Source: Antedon mediterranea (Eukaryota; Animalia; Echinodermata). Taken from it: a stretch of DNA of 64,000 bases. This document shows positions 38,178 through 51,100 of this stretch, piece after piece (position 1 is the first letter of the stretch; the number at the start of each line of letters is the position of its first letter). The notes under the pieces were generated by a model that was given only the letters and a program-made list of their open reading frames with translations, was not told the origin of the DNA and ran no database searches. The translations under genes were made by a program, and so were the position numbers. The DNA lies in the NCBI RefSeq assembly GCF_964355755.1, contig NC_092670.1, positions 11,270,795 through 11,334,794 of the forward strand, written 5' to 3'.

Positions 38178-41159
38178 ATGATAATGTTCTTCTTGTACGT
38201 TTTCTGTCGGTTACCATTATTGAAAATGCTTGACATTCGTAAAATTAAACTATTCTGTTTCACAGTGTCTTAGATGATTAATAACATTTTAAAGTATAGT
38301 CTTTATTGTTTGGTACGGCCCTTATAGGGCGGAGGTGGGGAGGCGGAGTTTTTGACGGAGGTGCTTATTCGAGGGATATATGTAAATTTTTTTAGTTTTA
38401 ATATGGTAACATTTATAATCAAATGAAATCCTCTAATAGATATGAAAAGTGGTAAAAAAGAATAACAAATGCTTGGTAAATTGTAGATAACAGTGCGATG
38501 AATTCTACTACAAATAGTATAATTGTGTTATTATAAATGTGGATGGGATGGACGTTTATTAGATAGTTGGGTTGGGTGGCGGGGGGATTATTATTCAAAG
38601 TGATGTTTTATTGGAGAGGCGTTTATTCAAATAAATATCATCCTAATAAGTATTAATACATTATTTAATTTAAACATCTTTTGAAAGTAACTGCCGTGAC
38701 AGAGTGGGCCGCTTCGGCCCAAGAAAGAAGACATTACGCCTTGCAACATGGGCAGACATCTCGGTCCTAACGGGACACAGATAGCCTACAGTTATTCCTG
38801 CCAGCTTACTTAATAAAACTCAGCTATCGGGATTTCGCTCGATTAATGTCTTATCATCAAATCTCCCTATGTAATTTTATAATACTATTCCCCACAATAT
38901 ATTCCGATTCTTTATGGCGTATATTTAATTTGATCTTTATTAATTTGCAGTATAATTTTTATTTTTTAACTACTGTACCTTTCACACGCGCGATCCGTTC
39001 CTAAAATAAACAAAAAACTAAAATGGCTATGACTAATGGCCAACTTAAGCTCCAGTCCTATACTATCTGTTTTTTTCTTCCGTCTTCCAAAGGGACACTG
39101 TATTGATTGATGGAAAGTGCCAGTTTCCAGTCACCTTTAGGGTCAAATCTATTATTTTAACTGCTCCCTTGTGTATAAAAGAGAAAAAATAGTTGAAACC
39201 ATGTTGCTGCAAGATAAACTTATCGTAAACCCGGAAATTACTTGACCGCGAAGAATTGAAATTGAGTAGAAAATCTACTGTTGAAATCATAAAATAATGT
39301 TGTTAAAAAACTCTTTATAATATCTTCCTAAGATAGAAATATGGAAAAATAGCGTCGAACTGAACACTAATGTTATCAAATCTACGTTTCGCGGTTCATC
39401 TGAGATAGATAAGGTAGGTATCCAAGGCGGAGATTTGTACCGAAGTTTTTGCATTGTGCTCGCCTATGTCAGAATTAACCATAATTTATATATAGAAGCG
39501 CTACGTTCACAAGGCTCGAACTAGATAGAAATTACGTAATTTCATATGCTATACAAAAGAGATGGGATTCCAGATATTGTTTGAAAATATGTCAATAAAG
39601 TTGGCATTCTTGATTATACTGCATGGTAACTAGAAGACCACGTCAATTGACTGCGTTTTCAAAACTAGTAGGCTTACAACAGTTTGTTGGAACGCCTCAA
39701 AATCATACACTGTCAATGGTCTATTGTGACATTCTTATAATTCACCGAAGCATCTTATACACGCAAAATAAGAATATACTATCCGTAATATAAAATAATA
39801 TTAATTGTAATAAAGCAAAAATGTATGATTAAATTCTCTCTCGGAGTGTTTATTTAAATTCCACCACGGAATATATAGTTGTATTTGTTAATCATGGGTA
39901 ATAAGGTGGACCTGTACAGAAAATGTCAAAGAAAATTTCGATTGAAGTTCGATTGAAATCAATCCCAAGCACCTAAACATTTCCTAACTTGTAATTAATT
40001 ACGTATATATAGCGCACTAAAAAAACGACAATTACCTATGAGCCAAAACCCATGAACATCCTATAAACATAAAAGTACATCAGAATGTTTATTTTGTTTG
40101 GTAATACTGTAGCTAAAAACACGATCTCGCGATGTACGAGTCCTTGTATTGACTAGAAATAAATAATTTATTTATTTCGCTTAACTGACTGGGTATCACC
40201 TAATAATATAAATCTGTCCAGACCGGCGCCCCGTATGTAAAATAGAAAAATACAGCTGGCGGAGGTATATTCAGAGCGTCTTTCTGACGACTGGAGCACT
40301 CTCTACTTCTCTACGGAGCGCCATTTATGCCTTTATTAACTTCAATAATAGAAATAGTACTACGGTAACTGCGCTCAAGTGGACCCAATTTAGCACCAGG
40401 GTAGCACAGTGATATAAAATAAAAATAAAAGTCACTACTTTTAATATCGTTTCGTATATACCCATATCACAAACTGACAAACAGAAACATCTTGGCATTT
40501 ACATTGATTCGAATTTATCTTTTTCTTTTCATGAAATAAACTCCGTTCCAAACTGGGCTTGTCCCTCTCCATCTTATCGCGTGCTCGGTCATTTCATTAA
40601 TAAACACACATCCATACTCCTCTATAACAATATAATCCTCCCACACATTGAGTATTGATGTAGTGTTTGGGGAATCAGATCGAATATTGACTGAATACAG
40701 ACTATTCAAAATAGAGCACTTCGCATTATCTTTAAAGCTCATCCTCTCACACCACGAACTAACATTTAGTAACTAACTAACACCTTAAATCTTCATGCAG
40801 TCCAAGATAGCATGCATCTACAACTGGGCTGCCTTGCCTACAGGTCTGCAAATGGTCTTGCTCCTTTCACTCATTGTAGTTTTGATTTTTAGTCTTTTCG
40901 GTACCCTGAATCTAAAAGTCTTCATTTCTGTTTTTGTCCTGTTTCCGGTTCCCGTGTTGTCCTGTTTTTTTTTTTCAGTTTCTATGGGCTGCCTTATACA
41001 AGCTTTGCTTTTTAGGAATGTTGCCCCTCTTATTTTAATAATTTTTACTGTTAATTTTTATTTTCTTTGAAAGACAAGAGAAATAAATGTTACTTTGATT
41101 GATTGATTGATACCTTGCCCTGCGTCTTGCCAGAATTCCAAATCATCGATGTACCCGAA

Positions 41160-41500
41160 GTGTCAGTGAGAGGAAATCATGTCGCCCCTTTCCCTAAAAC
41201 TGAAACTTTTAAGAACAGCTTCATCTATAGAGCACCAACATACCTGGATTTGCTACCCACCAAACTAAGAAATGCGGTAACAATAAATAATTTTAAAGTC
41301 TGCTCTAAAAAAATATTTAATCCCAAAGAAAAAACTCAACGTTTTGTATAGTATTGTAGGCTATATTTTTGTATTTAAGTACATATATATTATATATTTT
41401 TATATTTTTTTAACATAGTTCATCCGTTTTTTCATATATGTTTTTGACTGTCTGCATATGCTGTTTAGGGTCACCCTCACAAAATAAGGTTTAATAAAAA
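41160..41500 (+). mobile_element. 3' end fragment of a CR1/L2-type LINE nested in the left arm of the Mutator-like element
   Basis: PFPKTETFKNSFIYRAPTYLDLLPTKLRNAVTINNFK resembles a LINE ORF2 C-terminus; it ends in an AATAAAAAAATAAAA tail. Confidence 0.55.
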
Positions 41501-42071
41501 AATAAAATAGAAATAAAGTCACTAAATTTTAATATCTTTTCGTATGTTAATACAATGTGCTCAAGTGGACCCAATTTGGCCCCAGTGGAGCACAGTGATA
41601 TAAAATAGAAATAAAGTCACTAAATTTTAATATTTTTCTTTTCGTATAAAACACTGTGCTCAAGTGGACACAATTTGGTACCAGGGGAGCAATGATATAA
41701 AATAGAAATAAAGTCACTCAAGTTTCAATCTTTTCGTATGTTAATACACTGTGCTCAAGTGGACCCAGTGGATTTTTTTTTTAATGGAAAATAATGAATA
41801 TTGTTTTTCTTTTATTTTGAAAGAGAGATATTTTGAGGATTGTAAATGTCAAGTGGAACTTTTTTTAAATCAGAAACAAAGTTGCAAGGCATTATTTTCC
41901 ATTTTCCAGACTGCATAAAACCTCGAAAAGAAGCCCATGTGCTCCTTCATTTTTAGTACTCTTGGGTGGGCTTCTTTTCCACATGGAGTTTTCGAGATTA
42001 CTTTTGCAAACTAAACGAGGGGAACTGCTAGCTTCCCGCCCGGAAAATATTGTATTTGGCGTGTGTGGCGT

Positions 42072-43930
42072 GTTGACCGCGAATGACTAACATACCATCT
42101 TTACCATAATACACCTGCACAGACTCATTTGCATAACAACGCACGCACATACCAAACTGTTTAAAATACCCGAACATGACATCTATTATGTTTTCAAACA
42201 ACATGCATAAGAATCTTCAGTACCCCACCATGCTTGGGGCTGAGCAAAGACAATTTTGAAAAAAAAAGAGCTGTATACAGTAGGTTCCCGCCCGAAAAAA
42301 TGGCGTTACATGATTTGAATGAAACAAACTATATAAGACTCACCAGGACAATATATGAGCTTGTCCCCGGAAAGTGCACCTATTCATTGAAATATAAAAT
42401 TAAAGTCTATCTCCAGTACTAGCCCATCCATAGTTGAGAGGCAGAGCAATGAAAATAGAGCCCAGAAATGCACTTACTTATACTTATTACTATACATAGT
42501 CAGCTATGATAATTATGATAATGTTAAAATTTCAATATCCAGATGCGACTTCAACATTTTAGGTGGGGTTTTATACTTTAAAAACTCGACTTCGTATATG
42601 CCTATGGCCTAGCCCGGCGGCAGAATTATTCTAAGCTTCGAAATTGGTCTGGAAATCGGCATCTTTGCAAATGTTCAATTCTATATTTGATCTTATTTCA
42701 CTCTCCATTAACCTCTTGCAAAAACCATCGGAGACTATCTGTTTAAAACATGTTTATTCTGGGACGGCGCGGCCATACACTCCAACTACTATATAATATG
42801 AAGAATCGGACATTTCGCTACCAATGTTGCAACATTGATTAACAAAATCAAAATTTAACGGTGGGGCGCGTTGACCGCGAATGACTAACAATACCATCTT
42901 TCTTACTACACCTGCACAAACTCATTTGTATAACAACGAACGGCATACCAAACTATGATGAGAGATACATTCTCTTCTCAACACGTAACGCGTAACGAAG
43001 ATAATTAATTCCTTTTTTACATTAAAATTGAGGCCGCTAAACATAAAATTTACGAGATCAAATACATGTAGCGAAAGCCAAAAAAAAAAGAGTAAAAATT
43101 CAAAAACTCATTTGCATAACAACGCAGGGCTTACCAAACTGTTTAAAATAGCTACAAGGTCCCCAGAAATGACCTATAGTATTTTGAAACATGATGTATA
43201 AGAGTCTTCACTACCCCACCATGATTGGGGCTGAGCAGCAAAGACAATTTTGAAAAAAATATTTATTGAAATATGAAATTAAAATATTAAGTCTCCAGTT
43301 AAGCTCACCATGGTTGGGGCAGAGCTAAGAATGAAAGCTTAGTCCTCGGAAATTATGAAACGAAATATAAAAGTTTTCAAGACCAGCCATACAATGGTGA
43401 TTGTTTCCCAAGTGTGAGACATGCAATACAAACAGAGCTAGCACACAAAAGCCTACTTACTAATTTTAATATTTCTATAATTTAGAAAACAATTAGAATT
43501 ATCATATCACCTTTGATAATTATAATGTTAAATTTCAACTATCCAGATGCGAATTTTAGGTTGGGTTTTAAAAAACTCGACTTCATAATTATGCTTCAAT
43601 TTCAAAGATCTGCTTAAAACATATCTATTTATTCTACCATAAACTTTTATTCACAACATATTAGTAGGCCTACAATACAATATCTTGCATGAAACACTAT
43701 AATGTGTAACGGTAGAATTACAAAATAAAAATTGAACAGTGTTGTGTGTTGATCGCGAATGACTAACAATACCATCTTTCCCACAGCACATGTGGACACT
43801 CATTTGCATAACAAACGCACGGCATACCAAACTACGATGAGATAAAATTAATTCTCTTCTAAGGAAGAGAATTATTTCCATTTTTTTACATTAAAATAAA
43901 TTGAGGGCGCTAAACATAAATTTAAACCAC
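42072..43930. repeat. Degenerate internal segmental repeats within the Mutator-like element
   Basis: Block GTTGACCGCGAATGACTAAC(A)ATACCATCTTT...CTCATTTGCATAACAA...CATACCAAACT at ~42072, 42870 and 43749 (partial at 43105); also 42160-42600 resembles 43140-43590. Confidence 0.75.
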
Positions 43931-44138
43931 CAAAGCAGTTTGCGAGAGCCAAAAAAAAAAGTTGGTAAATGTGCTCTCCCTGCCTCAGCACTAAGGCCCT
44001 GCCACAGCCTTTTGGGGTCGTTTCCACCACATCACCAGATGCATTGATGTTGTCGCCTCATGATGTGTGGTGGAAAGGGGGACGTATGATCTGTGAACCC
44101 CAAACACAGTGGCTCGCATAGCCTTAACTCTATTCCAC

Positions 44139-44211
44139 CGACCAGCGTGGGAATCGAACCCACCACGTACGTGTTGTTAACACGACGCTCAGACGACTGA
44201 GCTAACTGATC
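44139..44211 (-). pseudogene. tRNA-Ile-like sequence or tRNA-SINE head
   Basis: Reverse complement GATCAGTTAGCTCAGTCGTCTGAGCGTCGTGTTAACAACACGTACGTGGTGGGTTCGATTCCCACGCTGGTCG. A and B boxes and the T arm are intact; the body resembles tRNA-Ile(AAT) but the loop reads AAC; no T-run terminator follows. Confidence 0.55.
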
Positions 44212-45131
44212 ATTTTGGTTTTAGCAAGGTTAATAGGATATTTATGACGTAATGATCAATTACGTAATACACGTATAAATAGACTATTATCAGCTTTTCA
44301 GTCATGTACTTGGTGGCGTAACGGGTAATGCTCAGTTTTGCGTGCCATCGGCTGGGGTTCGAACCTCGACGGATATATATTTTTTTTATTATTGTTTTTT
44401 TTTTAAATAGAGATATGTGACACTGTATTGTCGAACATGTATGGTACCATACCGGTAGGTATTCAAATATGCTTAATACGAAAAGATATTAAAATTCAGT
44501 GACTTATTTGTATTTTATATCACTGTGCTCTACTGGCTCCAAGTTGGGTCCACTTGAGCACAGTGTATTAACATACGAAAAGATATTACAATTCAGTGAC
44601 TTATTTCTATTTTATATCACTGTGCTCCACTGACGCCAAATTGGGTCCACTTGAGCACAGTGTAATAAAATACGAAAAGATATTAACATTCAGTGACTTA
44701 TTTCTATTTTATATCAATGTGCTTCCCTGGTACCAAATTGGGTCCACTTGAGCACAGTGTATTAAAATACGAAAAGATATTAAAATTCAGTGACTTATTT
44801 CTATTTTATATCACTATGCTCCCCTGGCTCCAAATTGTGTCCACTTGACAACAGTTACCGTAGTACTATTTCTATTTCGGAAGTAAATAAAGGCATAAAT
44901 GGCGCTCCGTAGAAGTAGAGAATGCTCGATCGTCGAAATGACGCTCTGAATATACCTCGCGCTGGCGGCAGCAGCTCTAGGCCTAGGTTTTTTCTGTGCT
45001 GGCCTAGGTTTTTTCTGTGCTGCCCCCTGTGCGCTGTTTTTGCTGCTGTTCTTCTCGAGCCGAGCCAGACTCTTGCTGCTGCTGAGGCGGCCGGTGGAAT
45101 GTAAAACTTCGTCCAAGGAAAAAAACGAATC

Positions 45132-48100
45132 ATGTAAGTTAAGGCTGGGCCTAGCTAGTGATATATATATTTATTGGTAGACAATTATACGAAATATTAA
45201 ATTACGTCGCGTGTGTAGAACTAGGCCTAGGCCTAGCCTAGGCCTAGCTGTAGAGTGTAGGTATAATTAATACTAACTAGGCCTAGGCCTAGGCCTAGAT
45301 GGTACGCTCGCTTCGCTGGCGTACCATCTAGGTCGTGCCCACAGATGGTTCTCGAATATACAGTAATTTCAGCGTAACAAAACTGGCGATTTCAAATGTA
45401 CGTACCGCAGGACTATAATACATTGTCGTTTACAGAAACGAATATATAGATGTTATGCGCGATTTGAACGATTTGCGCAATTTGAAATTGCGCAAAAAAA
45501 TCCTTGCGCAATTTGAAATTGCGCAAAGAATTCTTGCGCAATTTAAAATTGCGCAAGTTGATTGCGCAATTTGAAATTGCGCAAGAAAATCTTTGCGCAA
45601 TTTTAAATTGCGCTGCACAATTTGTAAATTGCGCAAGATAGTTCTTGCGCAATATGACACCTTTGCGCAATTTGAAAACGAACTGTAAATTTTCCCATAC
45701 ATGGCTAGGCTAGGCCTAGGCAGAGGAGTTTAAAATGTAGTATTTTATTATATAAATAAGACCATTTCAATGAAGATAATGTTTAATACTCACTTTTTAA
45801 GTTTTTAATATTAGTTTAAGCTAGGCCATGTAACCTAGTCAGTATCAGTAGTCCAGACCCTAGCTAGGCTAGAGTAGTAGGCTATAGCCGGCCGCCCGCG
45901 CCGCGCCCGCCTGGTGGAACACCACCGCTTCATTTTCCTTCGTCGGTTCTTCGACGGTATGACGAAATGCGATATTTATCTTTAATTTTGAATCATTCTT
46001 AGAAATTACTATAAAAATATGGGTGTGCATGATTTCACAATCTGTCGAAAAACCTTGCGCAATTTGCAGATTACTTGCGCAATTTAATACGTTGCTTGCG
46101 CAATTTGAAACACATGTTTCAATTCAAATTGCGCAAGGATTTTTTTTGCGCAATTTCAAATTGCGCAAATCGTTCAAATCGCGCATAACATAGACACGAT
46201 GATTTATGTAGTCAACTAAAATTAGCACCCTGGGAATTACTTCCGAAGGAGAAACTTATCACAAAATGAGTCCAAATTTTTGATTTTGACTCATTTAAAG
46301 AAACCCAATTTGTGTTTTGTATGTAACATTAGGGTTGAGGGATGGGAAAGCGGATAGCCTAGGCCTAGGTACAAAGAGGAACAATTTTTAAATATATTCT
46401 TTATCCACTCAGTAACGAAATATTTTGTTCATGTTTTATAAGCCTATACATACATAATATACCTCTAAATACAGTAAAACATTTGCGATTTAATACTTTG
46501 TTAAAACTGTCACTGTCATAATCGATTGAAATATTAAAGTAGGCCTACATGTCACGATACACCATTACGACGTTTATATTTTTGGTAATTATTAATTAAT
46601 ACAAACGTTGAGAAGGAACTGTCAGTATAAAGTTTATTTGTATATAATAATGTGTTTATATATCTAACAGTAGAGCCTATCCACAATGTCAGTAATACAG
46701 TTTATTATTATCTAACAGGACGAACATTCACAGTAAGAAATGTTCGATTCAAATGAGGACCAAAAATAGTTAATAAATAGGTATTTACAGTATTGTCAAA
46801 GTATTGCAAGTTTATTCTCAAAGGGCCCATATATTTACCTACCGTATGTGTTAAACCAAGGGCTCATAAATTTACCGACTTGTGTTAAACCAAACTCTGG
46901 CAGACTGAGAGATTGGGATGTTCCATTCATCACAAATCAATACATTTGTATAATCGTATATTAAATCTATCAAAATAGTATTTTTTTAAGAAAATCGGCC
47001 TGTCTTCAACATTATGATGGTGTACTCTAGCTGTTCAACCGGTTTTCAGCTATTAAAAACAATTATCGTAGGAGGAGATAGGAAAATGCGAAGCCTCCTC
47101 GCATTTTTGTGGCGGGTATTTTTCAAGATGGACATCCATTCGACAGTGTATACCACGATCGGAAAACACCCCTATTTGGGGCAAATCGTTGAACCTAAAT
47201 TCGTTTAAATCGTCAATAACTAATTATCTAACTTAATTTAATTAGTAAACAGGGTTACATCAGGTGGTTAAAATCAGTACCGAAAGTACGAACCAACTTT
47301 ACATACCATCGAGAAAAAATTCTAGAAGTAAGGCGCGATTTACCGAATTTTGCCCTTACGTAAATGTGTTTATATATCTAACAGTAGACCCTATCCACAA
47401 TCTCAGTAATAAAGTTTATTTGTATATATTTTTATATCAAATCTAACAGTACGAACATTCACAGTAAGAAATGTTCGATTCAAATGAGGACCAACAATAG
47501 TTAATAGGTATTTACAGTATTGTCAAAGTATAGCAAGTTTATTCTCAAAGGGCCCATATATTTACCTACCGTATGTGCTAAACCAAGGGCTCATAAATTT
47601 ACCTACTTGTGTTACAAATTCTAAAAGTAAGGCGCGATTTACCGAATTTTGCCCTTACGTAAATTTATATAGATAAATAGGCTAGGCCTAGGCGGCTAGG
47701 CTAGGCCTAGCTAGCCCATAGGCTATACCTAGGCCAACGTTATTATCTAGTAGCCCCCTAGACTAGTAGGCCTGGACTATAGGCCTAGGCCTAGCTTCAT
47801 AGAAATCAACGGCAGGTCAACTTGTCGGCGGCCCAACCAGTCATCCAATAGCCTAGGCCCTATATTATAGGCTAAATAGTCTTGGCGGTCCTACTAAAAC
47901 CCGGCCCGAGCCGAGCAAGGTACTGCAAAAAGTGCCCGAGACCGTCTCTAGACTAGACTCTGATTTATTTGACTATTCTATTATAACTTTTAGATGATTC
48001 GATCGTCACCGTGCATATATTTGTTCTAATTAGATTAAATTTATTGTCGGTTTAAAAATAATTACAAACATATAGGCTATCATAATTATGTATTTGTTAA

Positions 48101-51100
48101 AGAAAAAGGATACAATGAAACGCCTAAAACTGGGACTGCCTGATCCAATTAAATTATCTGAAAAAGGATGTAGGCCTATCATGCCTCGCAGTTTAACAAA
48201 AACTTAATCTGTATTTGGGCGTTTAAACTATGCATGCGGCTAATCCTAACTTAGTAATCCTAGTCATTTATTCCATTCAAAATTTGTGCGGTTGAATTTG
48301 TTGGTACAGTCATATATGCCTAAATTAAATGATAACTATAAATCTAGGGACCTACCTTAATAATATACTGTACCTACTCCTAGCTTCATTTAAACACCCA
48401 TAAATAGAAAATAACATACTGTATATTATTTTATAGGATGAATTGCAAGACTGCTGTTAGTGTTCTACAGGAGTTATGTGCCAAGAAGGCAATAACGCCA
48501 GTTTACGAGACGATTGGTCAAGAGGGTGCCTCGCACCAACCGACATTCACCATTCGGTGTACTGTAGGTGATGTTACCGGTACAGGTGAGGGCCATAGTA
48601 AGAAATCCTCAAAACAAGCCGCTGCAGAGGTGGTCCTCAGACAGTTGGACGTAGCGATTCCTGTTTCAGTAAAGAGTGACAGTACCGAGACGTCCACAGA
48701 TGGATCTGTGTAAGGGAAAATAAAACTTTTTCTACTGCAGTTACTGCAGAAATTAAATTGTGTCTACACTTTAACCTGTTCAAAGGCAACTAGTTTGGAG
48801 AATGACACGGTTTATTGCTGCAGTAAAATGTAATGTGTAGTTACTGCAGTAATAACTGCACTAAAATAATTTTAATCATGAGAAATAAACAGGTTTATAT
48901 AGTTTCTTCAGCTGGTGTAAAATTAGGTTGTGTATCAAAACAGTTCATCTGTCATATGTTTTATTATATTGTATTTTTCATACATACTGTATTATATTTT
49001 TATTTCCTAAATCACTGTAAATGTAAATCTGAAAGTATAGACTTAACTGGGTCTAGGCCTAGCTTGGTTGGGAGAGAGAGAGAGAAAGATAGCATTGCCC
49101 ACATTCTATCCATCCATCTTTCCAACAACAATTTATATATTCATTGACCATTCACCTTTGAATTGTTGGCACTCGCACTAATATGCAGTCGAAACAGAAC
49201 ATAATGGAAAACATGAATAATAACTAAACTAAAAAAACACCAACAAAAACTATTTACAAACAAAAATACAATATATCAATCATTGGTACTGGTACTGGTC
49301 CTTCTAACCATGATACTAGATCACATATGGTGGCTATTGACTGTATTATACAGTTAGTGCTTACGAACACTACATGTTGATGCTCAAAATAATAGCACTC
49401 CTGCATCCCACTAGACCACTATTGTGTATATATATATGGATGGAGTATAAAAAAACAACATTTTAAATTTTTCAAATCAGATTTCCTTTCTATTTCCACT
49501 AGGAATCAAGATGCATCAAATCCTGTCGGGGAGCTTCAAGAGTTGGTGACATACCTGGGTTGGAGGAAACCAGACTATGAAGAATGTGAAGAGAAAGGGC
49601 CACCACATGCCAAGGAGTTTACAATGAGGATTCAAATTGGTAGCTTTGAGGAGAAGGGTAAGTAAAGCTTGGAATTGACCAATCACAAGCGATGAATTAT
49701 TCAAACTATTGCTTGTGATTGGTCAATTCAGTAAATCAAGCTTTACATACAGTCTACTGACTATGTCTTTTACAGTACCAAGTCCATTACACAGCTATAA
49801 AGCTATGTCTACACTATCAAACTAGTTTGAAAAAAAAAGTGTGATGTGCCCAAATATGCTTGTGATATGCCCAAATATGACATCATCATGTCTATATATG
49901 GGCTTTTTTTTTTCTGGCAGCCAATTTTACTTTTTTTGCTTTAAATTAATTGTTTTCAGTTAAAAATTAAAATGTCATATTTAACAAAAAAAGTGGAAAA
50001 AAAAAACCAAATTTGTCAGGGGGACAATATGTCTTTTAAGGATACGTTTAAATAACGTTTTGTCTGCTTTAAACATAGGTATAGCCAAAAGTAAACGACT
50101 TGCCAAACGCTTGGCAGCATCCCAAATGCTGTTACGAATCAAGTCTTTGCCGCCAGACACAGACCCTGGTTCACCCCTCAAGGCTGCTCAAGACATCAGA
50201 AAACTAGTGGACATGAAGGTAAGAATAGAATCCAATATTCCTGGTAATAAATCTTTGAAATGAATAAATAATTTTCAGAAGACCAGATATACTCTTTGTG
50301 TGGAAGCTTGGTTGTCTTGAAAGAGGAACTATAGATTGTTTAAAGTGCACACATTTTCTAATACTGGATATGCCATTATTTTGGCGGTGTTTTAATTTTT
50401 GCGATGAGGAACAGGACAGCAAACTTTTTGAATAATTTCAAATTATTTTTTTACTTTGTAATACAAAAAAAATCGTAATTTAATCTACATTAGGCCTAGG
50501 TTAGAATGGCTCTTTTATATAAAATGGCGTCCGCAAAAATATCAACACCCTAAAATGTTGATATTGGTATTAAATTGCGAAGATTCTATACGCAAAAAAT
50601 AATAACATAAACAGTACCTACTTGCAAAAACTTGTTATACCACAAAAATAAAGTGATCCTAGCGAACCACCCAATTATATATTTGCGTCATAATCCTTGA
50701 AAATAGCATTAAAATTATTTTAATCTATCTGAAATTATGTTTGCCTTGCCCTACAGCAGAAGAAAGGAAGCCCGTCTTCATCAACACAACTTAAAGTTAA
50801 TCAGTTGAACCTACTGCAAACCTCATCTGGAGAAAAGATAGATGTTCTACGAAGCCAGGATTTAACGTCACACCATGGTAAAAGAAATGTTTTGTACAAA
50901 TAAACTTCTAAAATTAAAAATATATTGGCCCCCTGTTTTTTTGTTGTTGAATATGCCATTTTAATGCCATATAATAATTGTTCACTTTGACCAAAAATTA
51001 GATTAAAAATGTATCAAAAAAAAAATTCAACTAGAAGCCCATTGGAAGACAACAGAATTCTGGCAAATGTACCGTTTATTCATGACATGACAAACTGGTC

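Larger units (their letters stand above)
40262..44958. mobile_element. Non-autonomous Mutator/foldback-like element (~4.7 kb) with long modular TIRs
   Basis: Left end GAGGTATATTCAGAGCGTC... (40262) is the reverse complement of ...GACGCTCTGAATATACCTC (44958). About 110 bp of outer TIR is followed by 97-bp tandem units in inverted orientation on both arms (left 40367-40457 and 41503-41768; right 44475-44850). Flanking 9-mers are CAGCTGGCG and GCGCTGGCG (7/9 identical), a degenerate 9-bp TSD. No transposase ORF. Confidence 0.78.

Noticed and set aside
38690-38860. GC-richer island resembling a solo LTR or DIRS end
   Set aside because: Single copy in the window with no clear TG..CA ends or TSD.
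44475-44850. 97-bp repeats as a CRISPR or other regulatory array
   Set aside because: The whole unit is repeated and mirrored on the opposite arm, so these are subterminal repeats of the foldback element.
45413-45702. Repeat-rich ORFs (AQFKIAQ / NCA repeats)
   Set aside because: Translations of palindromic MITE subterminal repeats.
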